64,000 nucleotides of DNA, from the NCBI GenBank assembly GCA_965261005.1, contig OZ253375.1, positions 2,176,001 to 2,240,000 on the forward strand. The letters are read 5' to 3'. The DNA comes from Deinococcus sp. GTDB taxonomy: Bacteria > Deinococcota > Deinococci > Deinococcales > Deinococcaceae. This document shows, one piece after another, positions 41,309 through 52,082 of the stretch. The translations under genes and the position numbers were made by a program. Within the stretch, counting starts at the first letter, position 1. Each line of letters starts with the position of its first letter. Under the pieces are notes generated by a model. That model worked only from the letters and a program-made list of their open reading frames with translations, ran no database searches and was not told where the DNA came from.

Positions 41309-42927
41309 AGAGAATGTTTTCGCCCCGCTCCACTTTGTTTTCGGGCCTGCTGCCCCTTTTGGCGCTGCTCGGGCTTGGCAGCGCCTCGGCGGCGGTCAAA
41401 CCTGGCTGGATCGAGGCCGACTACAACGGCGACGGCCAAAAGGACTTGATCGCCACCTCGAACCTCGCGGACGTGGTCTTCAACCCCAAGGGCGAGATCA
41501 TCGCTTGGTATCCCAAGATCGTGGCCGGCACCAAGCTGATCGGCGGCGATGAGGGCAGCTACGACCTCGCCAAGCTCAAGAAGAGCGTCAACTTGGTCGC
41601 GGGGGGCGAGGCCCTGCAAGTCCAGCTGCCCGGCAACACGGCGAAGCCCCAGGCCCAGCCCTTCAAGTACAGCGCCGACATTCCCCAGAACCGCATGTCG
41701 GCCACCTTCAGCTATACCCAGGGCGGTGCCAGCGTCACCAAGACGATCACGCTGCACCCGCGCCAATTCGGGGTGAACGCCGAGGTCAATGTGCAGGGCG
41801 CCCAGAGCTACACCGTCAACTTCGCCGGACTGGGCCGCAACGAGACGCCGCAGGTCAAGGCGGTGGCGCGCGGGCAGGCGACGGTGCAGAGTTCGGGCCG
41901 CGTGCAGAACATCCAGTACGCCGCCCTGTCGGACAAGCCGGGCGCCTCGGCCCTGACCCTGATCGTGCGCCCCTCGCAAGGGACCCAGGCGAACGCCAGC
42001 CTGACCGGCGGAGAGAGCGCCAACCTGGCCCTCCAGCTGTCCGGGGACGCCAAGTTCGACATCTACGGCGGGCGCAACGAGCTGATTCACTTGTACCAGG
42101 AAGGCTTTTACGGCCAGTTGCCGGGGGTCTTCACGCCCAACATCTTCGGCCAGGGGTCCCTGATCGTCGTGAAGCTGATGGAGTGGCTGTACGGCTTTCT
42201 GGGGTCTTGGGGCCTGGTGATCGTGGCGATCACGGTGCTGATCCGCCTGGCGATCTGGCCGCTGATGCAGTCACAGGCGCGCTACACCGCCCGTATGCAG
42301 TTCATGCAGCCCGAAATCCAGAAGCTCAACGAGAAGTACAAGGACGACCCGCAGAAAAAGACCGAGGCCACCATGGCCCTCTACAAGGAGCACAACGTCA
42401 ATCCCATCGGCTGCCTGCCGATGTTCATCCAGTTCCCGTTTTTGATCGTGCTGTACTCGACCATTCGCAACTTCGAGTTCGACTCGGGCCTGTGGTGGCT
42501 GCCCGACCTCTCGATTCCCGACCCCTACTACATCCTGGCCGCGCTGTACGTCGGCGCCAACCTGCTGAGCCTCTACGTCATGACCCGCAAGACGCCGCAG
42601 ATGTTCAAGCAGCAGTCCTTTTTGTACATCATCTTCGCGTACTTCGCGCTGACCTTTCCGGCCGGCGTGACGCTGTACTGGATTCTCAGCACGCTGTTCA
42701 CGGCCCTGCAACAGTGGCTGATCAACCGCCAGATGGAGGCGCAGGGGGCCATCAAGAATGTGCAGCGCGTGACCGCCGCCGACAAGCCGGCCATCGCCGG
42801 GGTCACGCAGCCGGCCAAGGCGCAAGCGGCCAATTCACAGACGGTCATCAAGCCGCAGCAGCGCGCGTCGGGAAACAAGGGCGCCACGCAGAAAGCCCTG
42901 CCCAAGGGCAAGCGGCAAAAAGAGTAG
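41305..42927 (+). CDS. yidC: Membrane protein insertase YidC
   Basis: [47 protein letters not shown] overlap with yidD. Confidence 0.95.
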   Translation: MKRMFSPRSTLFSGLLPLLALLGLGSASAAVKPGWIEADYNGDGQKDLIATSNLADVVFNPKGEIIAWYPKIVAGTKLIGGDEGSYDLAKLKKSVNLVAGGEALQVQLPGNTAKPQAQPFKYSADIPQNRMSATFSYTQGGASVTKTITLHPRQFGVNAEVNVQGAQSYTVNFAGLGRNETPQVKAVARGQATVQSSGRVQNIQYAALSDKPGASALTLIVRPSQGTQANASLTGGESANLALQLSGDAKFDIYGGRNELIHLYQEGFYGQLPGVFTPNIFGQGSLIVVKLMEWLYGFLGSWGLVIVAITVLIRLAIWPLMQSQARYTARMQFMQPEIQKLNEKYKDDPQKKTEATMALYKEHNVNPIGCLPMFIQFPFLIVLYSTIRNFEFDSGLWWLPDLSIPDPYYILAALYVGANLLSLYVMTRKTPQMFKQQSFLYIIFAYFALTFPAGVTLYWILSTLFTALQQWLINRQMEAQGAIKNVQRVTAADKPAIAGVTQPAKAQAANSQTVIKPQQRASGNKGATQKALPKGKRQKE

Positions 42928-43004
42928 GCAACAAGAGTAGGCAATGAGAACGGCGAATGTGAGCCTGCCTCTTCTGGCAGGCTCTTTCCGTGTCACCCTG
43001 AACC

Positions 43005-43292
43005 ATGCCCCCCAACTTGCAGGTGAGCGACAACAAGGACGAGCAGCGCTACGAGGCCAGCGTGAACGGCGGCGTCGCCTTCGCCGCTTACCAACCGGCC
43101 GGCGAGGACACCCTGATCTTCACCCACACCGAGGTGCCGGAGGAGTCTGAGGGCGGGGGCGTCGGCAGCGCCCTGGTGAAGGCGGCCCTCGACGACGTAC
43201 GGGCGCAGGGCATGCAGGTCGTTCCCCAGTGCCCCTTCGTGGCCGCGTACATCGAGCGCCACCCGGAGTACGCGGACCTGGTGAGGGGGTAG
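43005..43292 (+). CDS. Small GNAT acetyltransferase (YjdJ-like)
   Basis: HTEVP...GGGVGSALV...VVPQCPFV. Confidence 0.88.
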   Translation: MPPNLQVSDNKDEQRYEASVNGGVAFAAYQPAGEDTLIFTHTEVPEESEGGGVGSALVKAALDDVRAQGMQVVPQCPFVAAYIERHPEYADLVRG

Positions 43293-43305
43293 GTTGCTCG
43301 GGAGA

Positions 43306-43367
43306 CCCCTCACCCCCGGCCCCTCCCTTCGGGGTGCTTCGCGCTCTCCCGCAAGGGGAGAGGGGAG
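43306..43367. repeat. GC-rich REP-like element (CCCTCACCCC...CTCTCCC-GGGAGAGGG type)
   Basis: CCCCTCACCCCCGGCC...CTCTCCC-GCAA-GGGGAGAGGGGAG between convergent genes. Confidence 0.55.
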
Positions 43368-43385
43368 CAGAGATTCGGGCGGTTC

Positions 43386-45350
<1,965 letters not shown>

Positions 45351-45573
45351 GGCTCAGCTCCATAAAGGGGAAAGGCAACAGACGGCGGCACGGCACGGGC
45401 CGGGCGCTCAGGCGGTTCGCCGAGCATGCCCGGCCCTAGAGCGTTCGCGCGCGGCGTCCGGCTGGGGCAGGATTCAGAAAACGTGCGCCATGAAAGCCCA
45501 ACGGGTGCAGTTGGAGCAGGTGGCGCGGCATGGCTAGAGTTTAACGAACCTGGGGGAGGGAAAGCAAAGTGGC

Positions 45574-46692
45574 TCAGCGAAGTTGTGCGGCGCGGGCCTG
45601 AATCCAGTTCGCGGCGTCCTGCATGGGCTGCGGCGCAATCGGGGCGAAATCGTCTTGAAGTAGGCTGGTGGCCGGGCCGAGGGTGTGCCCCAAACCGGGA
45701 TACAGCTTGACGGTCGCGCTTACCTCAGCTGCGGCCAGGGCGTCCGTGAGGGTGCCGAGGTACTTGGCAGGGGTATTGGCGTCGTTTTCCCCCTGGAGTA
45801 CCATCAGCGGCAGCTTCAGGTTCGGCGCTTGCTGCGTCACGCTGGGCAGCGCGCGCCCCGGCGCGTAGATGTTGAAAAAGCCCTGCGGCTTAAAGGCGTC
45901 GTCGAGCACCTTCTGAAAGCCCGGCACGACCTCGGCGTCAATTTGAAGTTGCCCATCCTTATCGGCGTCGAGGGCCGGGTTGATGACGTAGCGTTGCTGC
46001 CGCGCGGCCTGCGGGTCGGCGAGGTACAAGGCGACGTTCTTTGCAACCAGGCCGCCCTCACCTGTCACCAGCTTGGCGAAGTCCTCGTCGGTGAGGGTGG
46101 TCCCGGCGATCTGCCGCAGGTAGGGCAGCTGCACGTCGTTGAACTGCGCCTCGAAGGTTTGGCGCCACGGCAGCGTTACCGGTCCCTGCACGATCAGGCC
46201 AGCCAACTCGGGATGCTTGGCGGCGAGTGCGGCGGCGATGGTGCTGCCCTCGCTCCAGCCATACAAAAAGACCTGCCTGGGGTTCACGCGCGGATTATTT
46301 AGGGCGGCGGCGAGGGCGACCTCGGCGTCTTGAAGAAAGAGGTTCAGATCGGCCCGCGTGTAAAACTTTTGTGCGTCCACCTGACCCGGCGCGCTGACGT
46401 AGTGCTTGTTGTAGCGCAGCGTCGCTATTTCCTGCCCCGCGAAGGTGTCGGCGATGTCCTTGAAGATGGCCGACTTGAGCTTGCCGTCAAAGCCACGCAC
46501 GGTGAAGTCCTGGTCGTAAGGGCCGGAGCCGGGAATCAGAACCACGGCGGGAAGCCGTCCGCCGCCACCGCCCGCCGGATAGGCCCACTCGGCGGGACTC
46601 TGAAAGTCGCCGAAGTTCAGCGTCAACGGGACCCGCTGAACTTCGGCGGCAGACACGGGCAGCAGGACGGCGAGCAGCGCGAGACGTTTCAT
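45574..46692 (-). CDS. Secreted alpha/beta hydrolase
   Basis: Signal peptide; PGSGP, GWSEG nucleophile elbow, QGEND, YPGLGH. Confidence 0.9.
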   Translation of the reverse strand: MKRLALLAVLLPVSAAEVQRVPLTLNFGDFQSPAEWAYPAGGGGGRLPAVVLIPGSGPYDQDFTVRGFDGKLKSAIFKDIADTFAGQEIATLRYNKHYVSAPGQVDAQKFYTRADLNLFLQDAEVALAAALNNPRVNPRQVFLYGWSEGSTIAAALAAKHPELAGLIVQGPVTLPWRQTFEAQFNDVQLPYLRQIAGTTLTDEDFAKLVTGEGGLVAKNVALYLADPQAARQQRYVINPALDADKDGQLQIDAEVVPGFQKVLDDAFKPQGFFNIYAPGRALPSVTQQAPNLKLPLMVLQGENDANTPAKYLGTLTDALAAAEVSATVKLYPGLGHTLGPATSLLQDDFAPIAPQPMQDAANWIQARAAQLR

Positions 46693-46732
46693 GCGCCAAG
46701 CCTACAAGGCCGAAGTGTAGGAGGGAAGTGCG

Positions 46733-46959
46733 TTGATCGCGGACGCGGGGTATCACGCTCCATAAGGCGACCAAGACCAAGCCGCTGACCAAAGGGGAGC
46801 GATTTGAGAACCAGGTCTTGGCGTACACGCGCTGCCGGGTGGAACATGTCATCCGCTGCGTCAAGATCTTTCGTGTCCTCAAAGACGTCTACCGGCACCG
46901 CATTGCCGCCCTCTGCAATCACACCCGTGCCCTCATTCGCTGACTTTCTCAGAGGGTCT
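46733..46959 (+). mobile_element. 3' remnant of an IS5-family (ISL2-like) element
   Basis: LIADAGY...KPLT...RCRVEHVIRCVKIFRVLKDVYRHR...IAALCN* followed by IR-like ACTTTCTCAGAGGGTCT. Confidence 0.8.
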
Positions 46960-47406
46960 AATCAACGCCGTGATACGCGTGTCGAAGACAAACGGCCCGA
47001 TCTCTTCCGGTTGTAAGGTCCCCAAGAGGGCGTGTCGCTGATTGAGCAAGACGTTGTGCGACCGGGGCGCGGCCACACTCGGGACCCGCAGGGCGAGGCT
47101 CGTGCCCGCGCGAACCCAGGCGTCCCCGTAGGGCCGGGTCTGGGCGAGGTCGCGCACATCGAGGTTCTCCGGCGCGGCGACGATGGCCGACTCCGGAATT
47201 TCGACTTCAAATAGGATATACCCCTGCAAGTTGCGGTATACCCCGGCGTAGTTCAGCACTTCCAGCGCGGCCAGTGCGGGATGCTCGGCCAGGTAGGTGA
47301 TCAGGACGCTGCGCGAGTTCCAACGGCCGCTGGCGCCCCTGGTAACGAGCGGTTGCCCTCCGGTCGCCTCCAAGGCCAAGCGGTGAACCAAGCGGTAGGC
47401 GATCAA
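46933..47406 (-). CDS. RES-domain toxin
   Basis: AYRL, GRWNS, YLAEHPALAALE, LRVPS, NVLLN; TTG start overlaps the antitoxin stop. Confidence 0.88.
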   Translation of the reverse strand: MIAYRLVHRLALEATGGQPLVTRGASGRWNSRSVLITYLAEHPALAALEVLNYAGVYRNLQGYILFEVEIPESAIVAAPENLDVRDLAQTRPYGDAWVRAGTSLALRVPSVAAPRSHNVLLNQRHALLGTLQPEEIGPFVFDTRITALIRPSEKVSE

Positions 47407-47819
47407 TAGAAGTTGCCGTCCAACAAGCCTTGAATCAGGTCGTCCACCTGATCCTGTCCATAGCGGGTGCGCAGCAGGTCGAGCGGCCTCTCGCCGCCGA
47501 GGGCGGGGTGTGGCGTACGGAACCACTCGTCAGCCCCATCGCTCAGCATGGCCTGCACGGTGTCGAAGCGCTTTCCAACGGCGTACAGCCGGTCGAGGAC
47601 GTCGCCGCTGGGCGGTTCGGCCTTGGCGATGGTGCTGCGGCTGACCCCCAGCAGCTTGGCGCTTTCCTCTTGGCTAATGTCGAGCAGCTGCCTCAGCCGC
47701 CCGCCGATCTCGCGCATGGTGTTGACGCCGGCCGGTGGGGTCAGCTCGCCGCTGAGCAGGGGCGAAAGCTGCCGCTCGCTGGGGTCCACGTTGGTGACGT
47801 TCGAGAAAAACATGGTCAT
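47403..47819 (-). CDS. Xre/MbcA/ParS-family antitoxin
   Basis: HTH (AKLLGVSRSTI) plus WFRTPHPALGGERPLDLL. Confidence 0.9.
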   Translation of the reverse strand: MTMFFSNVTNVDPSERQLSPLLSGELTPPAGVNTMREIGGRLRQLLDISQEESAKLLGVSRSTIAKAEPPSGDVLDRLYAVGKRFDTVQAMLSDGADEWFRTPHPALGGERPLDLLRTRYGQDQVDDLIQGLLDGNFY

Positions 47820-47834
47820 GGCCGCTTTTGAGGG

Positions 47835-47852
47835 TAGTCTAGTTTTAGACTA
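47835..47852. promoter_or_regulatory. Probable Xre-RES operator
   Basis: Perfect IR TAGTCTA-GTTT-TAGACTA just upstream of the antitoxin, overlapping a TAGACT -10. Confidence 0.6.
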
Positions 47853-47931
47853 GAGATTGTCTATTTCTGTACAACGGCAAGAATATGAGGCATTTCAGAA
47901 TCGAGCAGGCTACCGACCAAGGGCGCCGGGG

Positions 47932-48390
47932 TTAACCGGGCCTCAAGTCAATCTCGAAATACAAAAACCCTGCCTGGCCGCTGGGCGCCCCTTTGTACCC
48001 CATGCGCTCGTAGGCGGGGGCAATTCTTTCGCTCGCGTACCACTCGATGTAGCGCAGCCCGCGCGCCCGGCCCCAAGCTTCGATGCCCAGCATCAGCGCC
48101 CGTCCGACGCCCCGCCGGCGTTCCGTCTCTAGGGTGTAGAGGTCGTGCAGCTTGGCGGTGCGGTGGTCGTTTCCCGAGCGCAAATGTGGCCCGTAGTCTT
48201 GCGCCGCCGCGTAACCGAGCAGGCGCCCGCTTCGCTCGGCGCCCAGCAAGACCCAGTCCGGCCGCCGGCAGAATTCGGGAAAGCGCGCCCGCGCCCCATC
48301 CTCGGAATCCACAAAGCCCATGTCGAGCAGCATCGGCCAGACCTCTTCCCAGTCGTCCGGCCGCAGGGGACGCACCGCAACGCCGCTCAC
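47932..48390 (-). CDS. GNAT acetyltransferase
   Basis: RRRGVGRALM, AYERMGY. Confidence 0.88.
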   Translation of the reverse strand: MSGVAVRPLRPDDWEEVWPMLLDMGFVDSEDGARARFPEFCRRPDWVLLGAERSGRLLGYAAAQDYGPHLRSGNDHRTAKLHDLYTLETERRRGVGRALMLGIEAWGRARGLRYIEWYASERIAPAYERMGYKGAPSGQAGFLYFEIDLRPG

Positions 48391-49379
48391 GCGCCCGACC
48401 CCAGCAGCTTCTTCTCGTAGATGTTCCGCACGGTCGCCTCGATGTCCGGCTCCAGCACGGATAAATCGCGCACGGCGTAGCGCCCCGTCAGGCGGGAAAT
48501 CAGCTCGGGGACGTGCTCGCTGAAGGCGTAGGTGGCCCGCAGACCCTCGCGCGACAGCAGGCGGGCGCCGTCCAATCCGACATCTTCATACGCCCGCGCG
48601 AAGTCCACCACCAAGCGCCGCTCGCCGCCGAAGCGAGCTTGCAGGGCGGCCAGCTGGCCGTCATACAGCAGCCGGCCATGGTCAATGATGAGGACTCGCC
48701 GGCACAGGCGCCGCACGTCGGCGAGGTCGTGGGTGGTCAGCAGCACCGTCACGCCCTTCTCCCCGTTCACATGGGCCACGAACTCGCGGATGCGCTCCTT
48801 GGCGACCACGTCGAGGCCGATGGTGGGTTCGTCCAGAAAGAGCAGGTCGGGGTCGTGCAGCAGCGCCGCGCACAAATCGGCGCGCATGCGCTGGCCGAGC
48901 GAGAGCGAGCGCGCCGGCGCGTTCAGGAACCCGCCGAGGTCGAGCAGCTCGCCAAAGGCGCGCAAGTTCTCCGCGAAGCGCGCCGCCGGCACCCGGTAAA
49001 CGTGGCGCAGCAGCTCCAGCGACTCGATCACCGGCAGGTCCCACCACAAAGTCGAGCGCTGCCCGAACACCGCCCCGACCCGCGCCACGTAGCGCCGCCG
49101 CTCGCGCCACGGCGTCAGGCCGTTCACGCTGAGGCTACCCGAGGTCGGCACCAGCAGGCCGGTCAGCATCTTGATGGTGGTGGACTTGCCCGCCCCGTTC
49201 GGCCCCAGGTAGCCGACCACCTCGCCGGGCGCGACCGTGAACGAGACGTCGTCCACCGCCTTGACCAGCAGGCTGTCCCGCGAGAAAAAGCCCCGTAGCG
49301 CGCCCAAGGTGCCCGCGTGGCGCTTGCGGACGTGAAAGTGCTTGGTTAAATGCTCGGCCCGAATCATGGGTGTGGTCAC
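48387..49379 (-). CDS. ABC transporter ATP-binding subunit
   Basis: [28 protein letters not shown] start overlaps the permease stop. Confidence 0.93.
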   Translation of the reverse strand: MTTPMIRAEHLTKHFHVRKRHAGTLGALRGFFSRDSLLVKAVDDVSFTVAPGEVVGYLGPNGAGKSTTIKMLTGLLVPTSGSLSVNGLTPWRERRRYVARVGAVFGQRSTLWWDLPVIESLELLRHVYRVPAARFAENLRAFGELLDLGGFLNAPARSLSLGQRMRADLCAALLHDPDLLFLDEPTIGLDVVAKERIREFVAHVNGEKGVTVLLTTHDLADVRRLCRRVLIIDHGRLLYDGQLAALQARFGGERRLVVDFARAYEDVGLDGARLLSREGLRATYAFSEHVPELISRLTGRYAVRDLSVLEPDIEATVRNIYEKKLLGSGA

Positions 49380-50182
49380 GTCCCCGTCCCCTGGTAGTGC
49401 CGCAGACCGACCCTCCAAAAGGCCAGCGCGGCGGCGAACACCAGCCCGCCGGCCAGCGGCGCCAGAAAGTGCGTCCAAACCGGCAAGCCCAGCGGGTCGG
49501 GCTTCCCCAGAAAGTACAGCGCGGGCGCGTAGTTGAGAAAGGCCGCCGGCACCACAAAGGTGAAGAGCCGCCGCAACCACTCCCCGTAAATGGTCATGGG
49601 GTACTGGATCAGGTTGCTGCCGCCGTAGGTCAGGACGTTCATCGCCTCGACGCTCTCCACCGTCCAAAAGGTGACGGTCCCGCCGATGATAAAGAGGCCC
49701 CCAAAGAAGAGCACGATGCCCAGCGCCACCAAGGGCAGGTACAGCAGCTTGGCCGGCGTCCACAGAATCTGCGCGTAGCCCAGCGCGAAGGCGAACACCG
49801 CTATCCCGCTGGCGACCCGGCCGAGGCGGCGCAAGCTGAAGTCCGAGCCGAGCACCTGAAGTGTCAAGCTGACCGGGCGCAGCAGCATCTGATCTAAGCT
49901 CCCCCGCCGCACCGCCTGCCCGAAGGAGGCCGGGTCGAAGCCGCCGAACAGCAAATCCATCAAGCCAAAGGAGAGTTCCACCAAACCGTACAAAAAGGCA
50001 ACCTCCCCGAAGGTCCAGCCGCCGACGCTGCCGAAGCGGTTCAGCACCAGCGCGAAGGCGCCGAACTCGGTGACGCTCAGCAGCAGGGTGGAGACCAGGT
50101 CCAGCGCGAACGACGTCCGGTATTGAAGCTGAGAGCGCACCTGGGCGCCCAGCAGGCGGCGGTAGAGGCGAAGGTTCTGCAC
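49376..50182 (-). CDS. ABC-2-type permease
   Basis: QLQYR, GSLDQMLLRP, YPMTIY, YQGTG. Confidence 0.9.
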   Translation of the reverse strand: MQNLRLYRRLLGAQVRSQLQYRTSFALDLVSTLLLSVTEFGAFALVLNRFGSVGGWTFGEVAFLYGLVELSFGLMDLLFGGFDPASFGQAVRRGSLDQMLLRPVSLTLQVLGSDFSLRRLGRVASGIAVFAFALGYAQILWTPAKLLYLPLVALGIVLFFGGLFIIGGTVTFWTVESVEAMNVLTYGGSNLIQYPMTIYGEWLRRLFTFVVPAAFLNYAPALYFLGKPDPLGLPVWTHFLAPLAGGLVFAAALAFWRVGLRHYQGTGT

Positions 50183-50980
50183 TCAGCCCCCCAGGATGAC
50201 CAGGCGCCGGGTCGCGCGGCCCAGCAGCCATTGGCCCAGCAGAACGAGCGCCAGCGCCCACGTCGCCTGCACGAGGAGCGCCCGCACCAGCGCGCTCCCC
50301 GTCAGCAGGCCCAGATAAATCTCCACCACCGTGTTCACCATCGAGGGAAAGGGCGTCCAGGTGAGGGCGGCGCGCACCCAATCGGGAAACAGGCGCAGCG
50401 GCATCAGAAAGCCCGAGCCGAACATCAGCGCGACGTAAGCGAAGCGCCCGATGCCGCGCGCGTCCGGCGACCAAAAGGCCGTCAAGTTGACCAGAAAGCG
50501 GTAGGCGAAGCTCAGCAGCCAAGCCAGCAGCAGCGAGAGCGCCAGCGCCGCCCACTGCCCCAAGCTGCCCGGCACGCTGACGCGGAACAGGGCGGCGTAG
50601 ATCAGCATGATGGTCAGGCCGCGCAGCAGCAGGCCCGCCAGCGCGCGGCCCGCGTCCTGCGCCAGCCAAAAGCCGAAATAGCTGATGGGCCGCAGCAAGT
50701 CGCCCGCGACCTCGCCCCGGTAGACGGTGTTCATGATGTCAAAGGAGCCGAACAAGCTCAGAAACGCGATCAGCGCCTGGGTCAGGCCGGTGTAGGTCAG
50801 CGCGCCCTGGGCGCTGAGGCCCTCCAGGCTGGGGCGCCCGTTCAGCAGCGCCAGCAGCACGGCCGCCCTCAAGAGGCCGAAAAAGATGTTGGTCGCCAGC
50901 CCTGCCAGCGCGGCGGCCCGGTAGGTCAGGTGGCGGCGAAAGGCGCGGGCGGCGATCTCGTAGAACAGGCGCGGCGGCAT
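50183..50980 (-). CDS. ABC-2-type permease
   Basis: LTYR, GEVAGDLLRP, SGFLMPLRLFP, VILGG. Confidence 0.9.
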   Translation of the reverse strand: MPPRLFYEIAARAFRRHLTYRAAALAGLATNIFFGLLRAAVLLALLNGRPSLEGLSAQGALTYTGLTQALIAFLSLFGSFDIMNTVYRGEVAGDLLRPISYFGFWLAQDAGRALAGLLLRGLTIMLIYAALFRVSVPGSLGQWAALALSLLLAWLLSFAYRFLVNLTAFWSPDARGIGRFAYVALMFGSGFLMPLRLFPDWVRAALTWTPFPSMVNTVVEIYLGLLTGSALVRALLVQATWALALVLLGQWLLGRATRRLVILGG

Positions 50981-51101
50981 GGTGAGCTTGCAGTTTGCCT
51001 TACCCGGAGGCCGGGGCCAATACGGCGAATGGCCTAGCGCAGAAAAGGCAGCCAACACAAAGGGCCGGGGCGAACGCCCTCGGCCCTTTTCACCACGCCC
51101 T

Positions 51102-51353
51102 TTACTGCGCGATGCCCGCTTCCTGCAAAAAGGCGTCCAGCTTGGCCGGCCGGAACCCCGACAAGCTGGCGGCGTGGCCGCCGTACTCCAGCGTGGGCAC
51201 GCTGCGCCGGCCGCCGTTGATGCTCATGACGTGCTGGGCGGCGCCCTCGTCCTGCTCGATGTTGACTTCCTCGAAGGGGATGCCCTTTTTGCCCAGCGCC
51301 GCCTTGGTGGCGTGGCAATCGGGGCACCAACTGGTCGTGTACATCTTGATCAT
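51102..51353 (-). CDS. Glutaredoxin-like protein (mycoredoxin/NrdH type)
   Basis: MYTTSWCPDC, RSVPT; AGGAGG SD. Confidence 0.9.
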   Translation of the reverse strand: MIKMYTTSWCPDCHATKAALGKKGIPFEEVNIEQDEGAAQHVMSINGGRRSVPTLEYGGHAASLSGFRPAKLDAFLQEAGIAQ

Positions 51354-51458
51354 GTTCAGCCTCCTGGCCCAGAAATCAGAAACAGCCGTCATTAACTATA
51401 CAAAACAAAGCGGAGGGCAGTGTTTCTTCGGCACAATGACCGAAAGCGCGTTGGCCGC

Positions 51459-51487
51459 TTGACGAGTTGGGGGACCCGCGCTAGTAT
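51459..51487 (+). promoter_or_regulatory. Sigma-70 promoter of tRNA-fMet
   Basis: TTGACG-N17-TAGTAT. Confidence 0.75.
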
Positions 51488-51513
51488 CTTTGAGCGCGTG
51501 AATACGCGGCTGG

Positions 51514-51590
<77 letters not shown>

Positions 51591-51594
51591 AAGT

Positions 51595-51617
51595 ACCCTC
51601 CTTCGGGAGGGTTTTTT
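51595..51617 (+). terminator. Intrinsic terminator after tRNA-fMet
   Basis: ACCCTCC-TTCG-GGAGGGT plus T-run. Confidence 0.88.
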
Positions 51618-51703
51618 ATTTAAAGGTGATCTTTAGTAAAGGGGCAGGGGAGCGTCACGGGCGGGCGTCATGCTTGGGGTATCTCTTGCAAGGAGGTTCC
51701 AAC

Positions 51704-51937
51704 ATGGCCGACGACCGCAGCATAGGTGAGAAGTTGGGCGACGCCGCCGGCGCCCTGACGTCCAAGGTAAACGAGGGCGCCGACCGCGCCCGCGCCGAGG
51801 GCCACGACGCCAAGAGCGAGGCCACCGACAACCCGGTGGAGAGCCTGATCGAAAAGGGCAAGGCCGCCGTGGACCGCGGCAAGGCCGAGTACCACGACGC
51901 GCAGGCCGACCGCAAGGCGGACAAGGCCGGCAGCTAG
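51704..51937 (+). CDS. Small hydrophilic LEA/CsbD-like stress protein
   Basis: AGGAGG SD; 77 aa rich in A/D/E/K; own terminator at 51974-51996. Confidence 0.75.
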   Translation: MADDRSIGEKLGDAAGALTSKVNEGADRARAEGHDAKSEATDNPVESLIEKGKAAVDRGKAEYHDAQADRKADKAGS

Positions 51938-52028
51938 CGAAGACGATTGTTAAAACCTGTATCCCCTATGGCGCCCCTCCGAAAGGAGGGGTTTTTCTGA
52001 TGTCTATGTGACCGGCGCGCTCAACTCC

Positions 52029-52051
52029 TTCACTTAAACTTCACTTACACT
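52029..52051 (+). promoter_or_regulatory. TTCAC-N6-TTCAC direct repeat plus TACACT -10
   Basis: TTCAC TTAAAC TTCAC T TACACT upstream of a CreD-like gene. Confidence 0.5.
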
Positions 52052-52082
52052 CCAGGCAATTCATAGTTCTGCCGGAGGCTGC

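Noticed and set aside
45351..45540. T-box riboswitch before thrS
   Set aside because: No TGGNACC T-box motif or recognisable stem I
49380..50669. Apparent 760-aa fused ABC ATPase
   Set aside because: The extension is an alternative frame over two real permease genes; the ATPase starts at 49379
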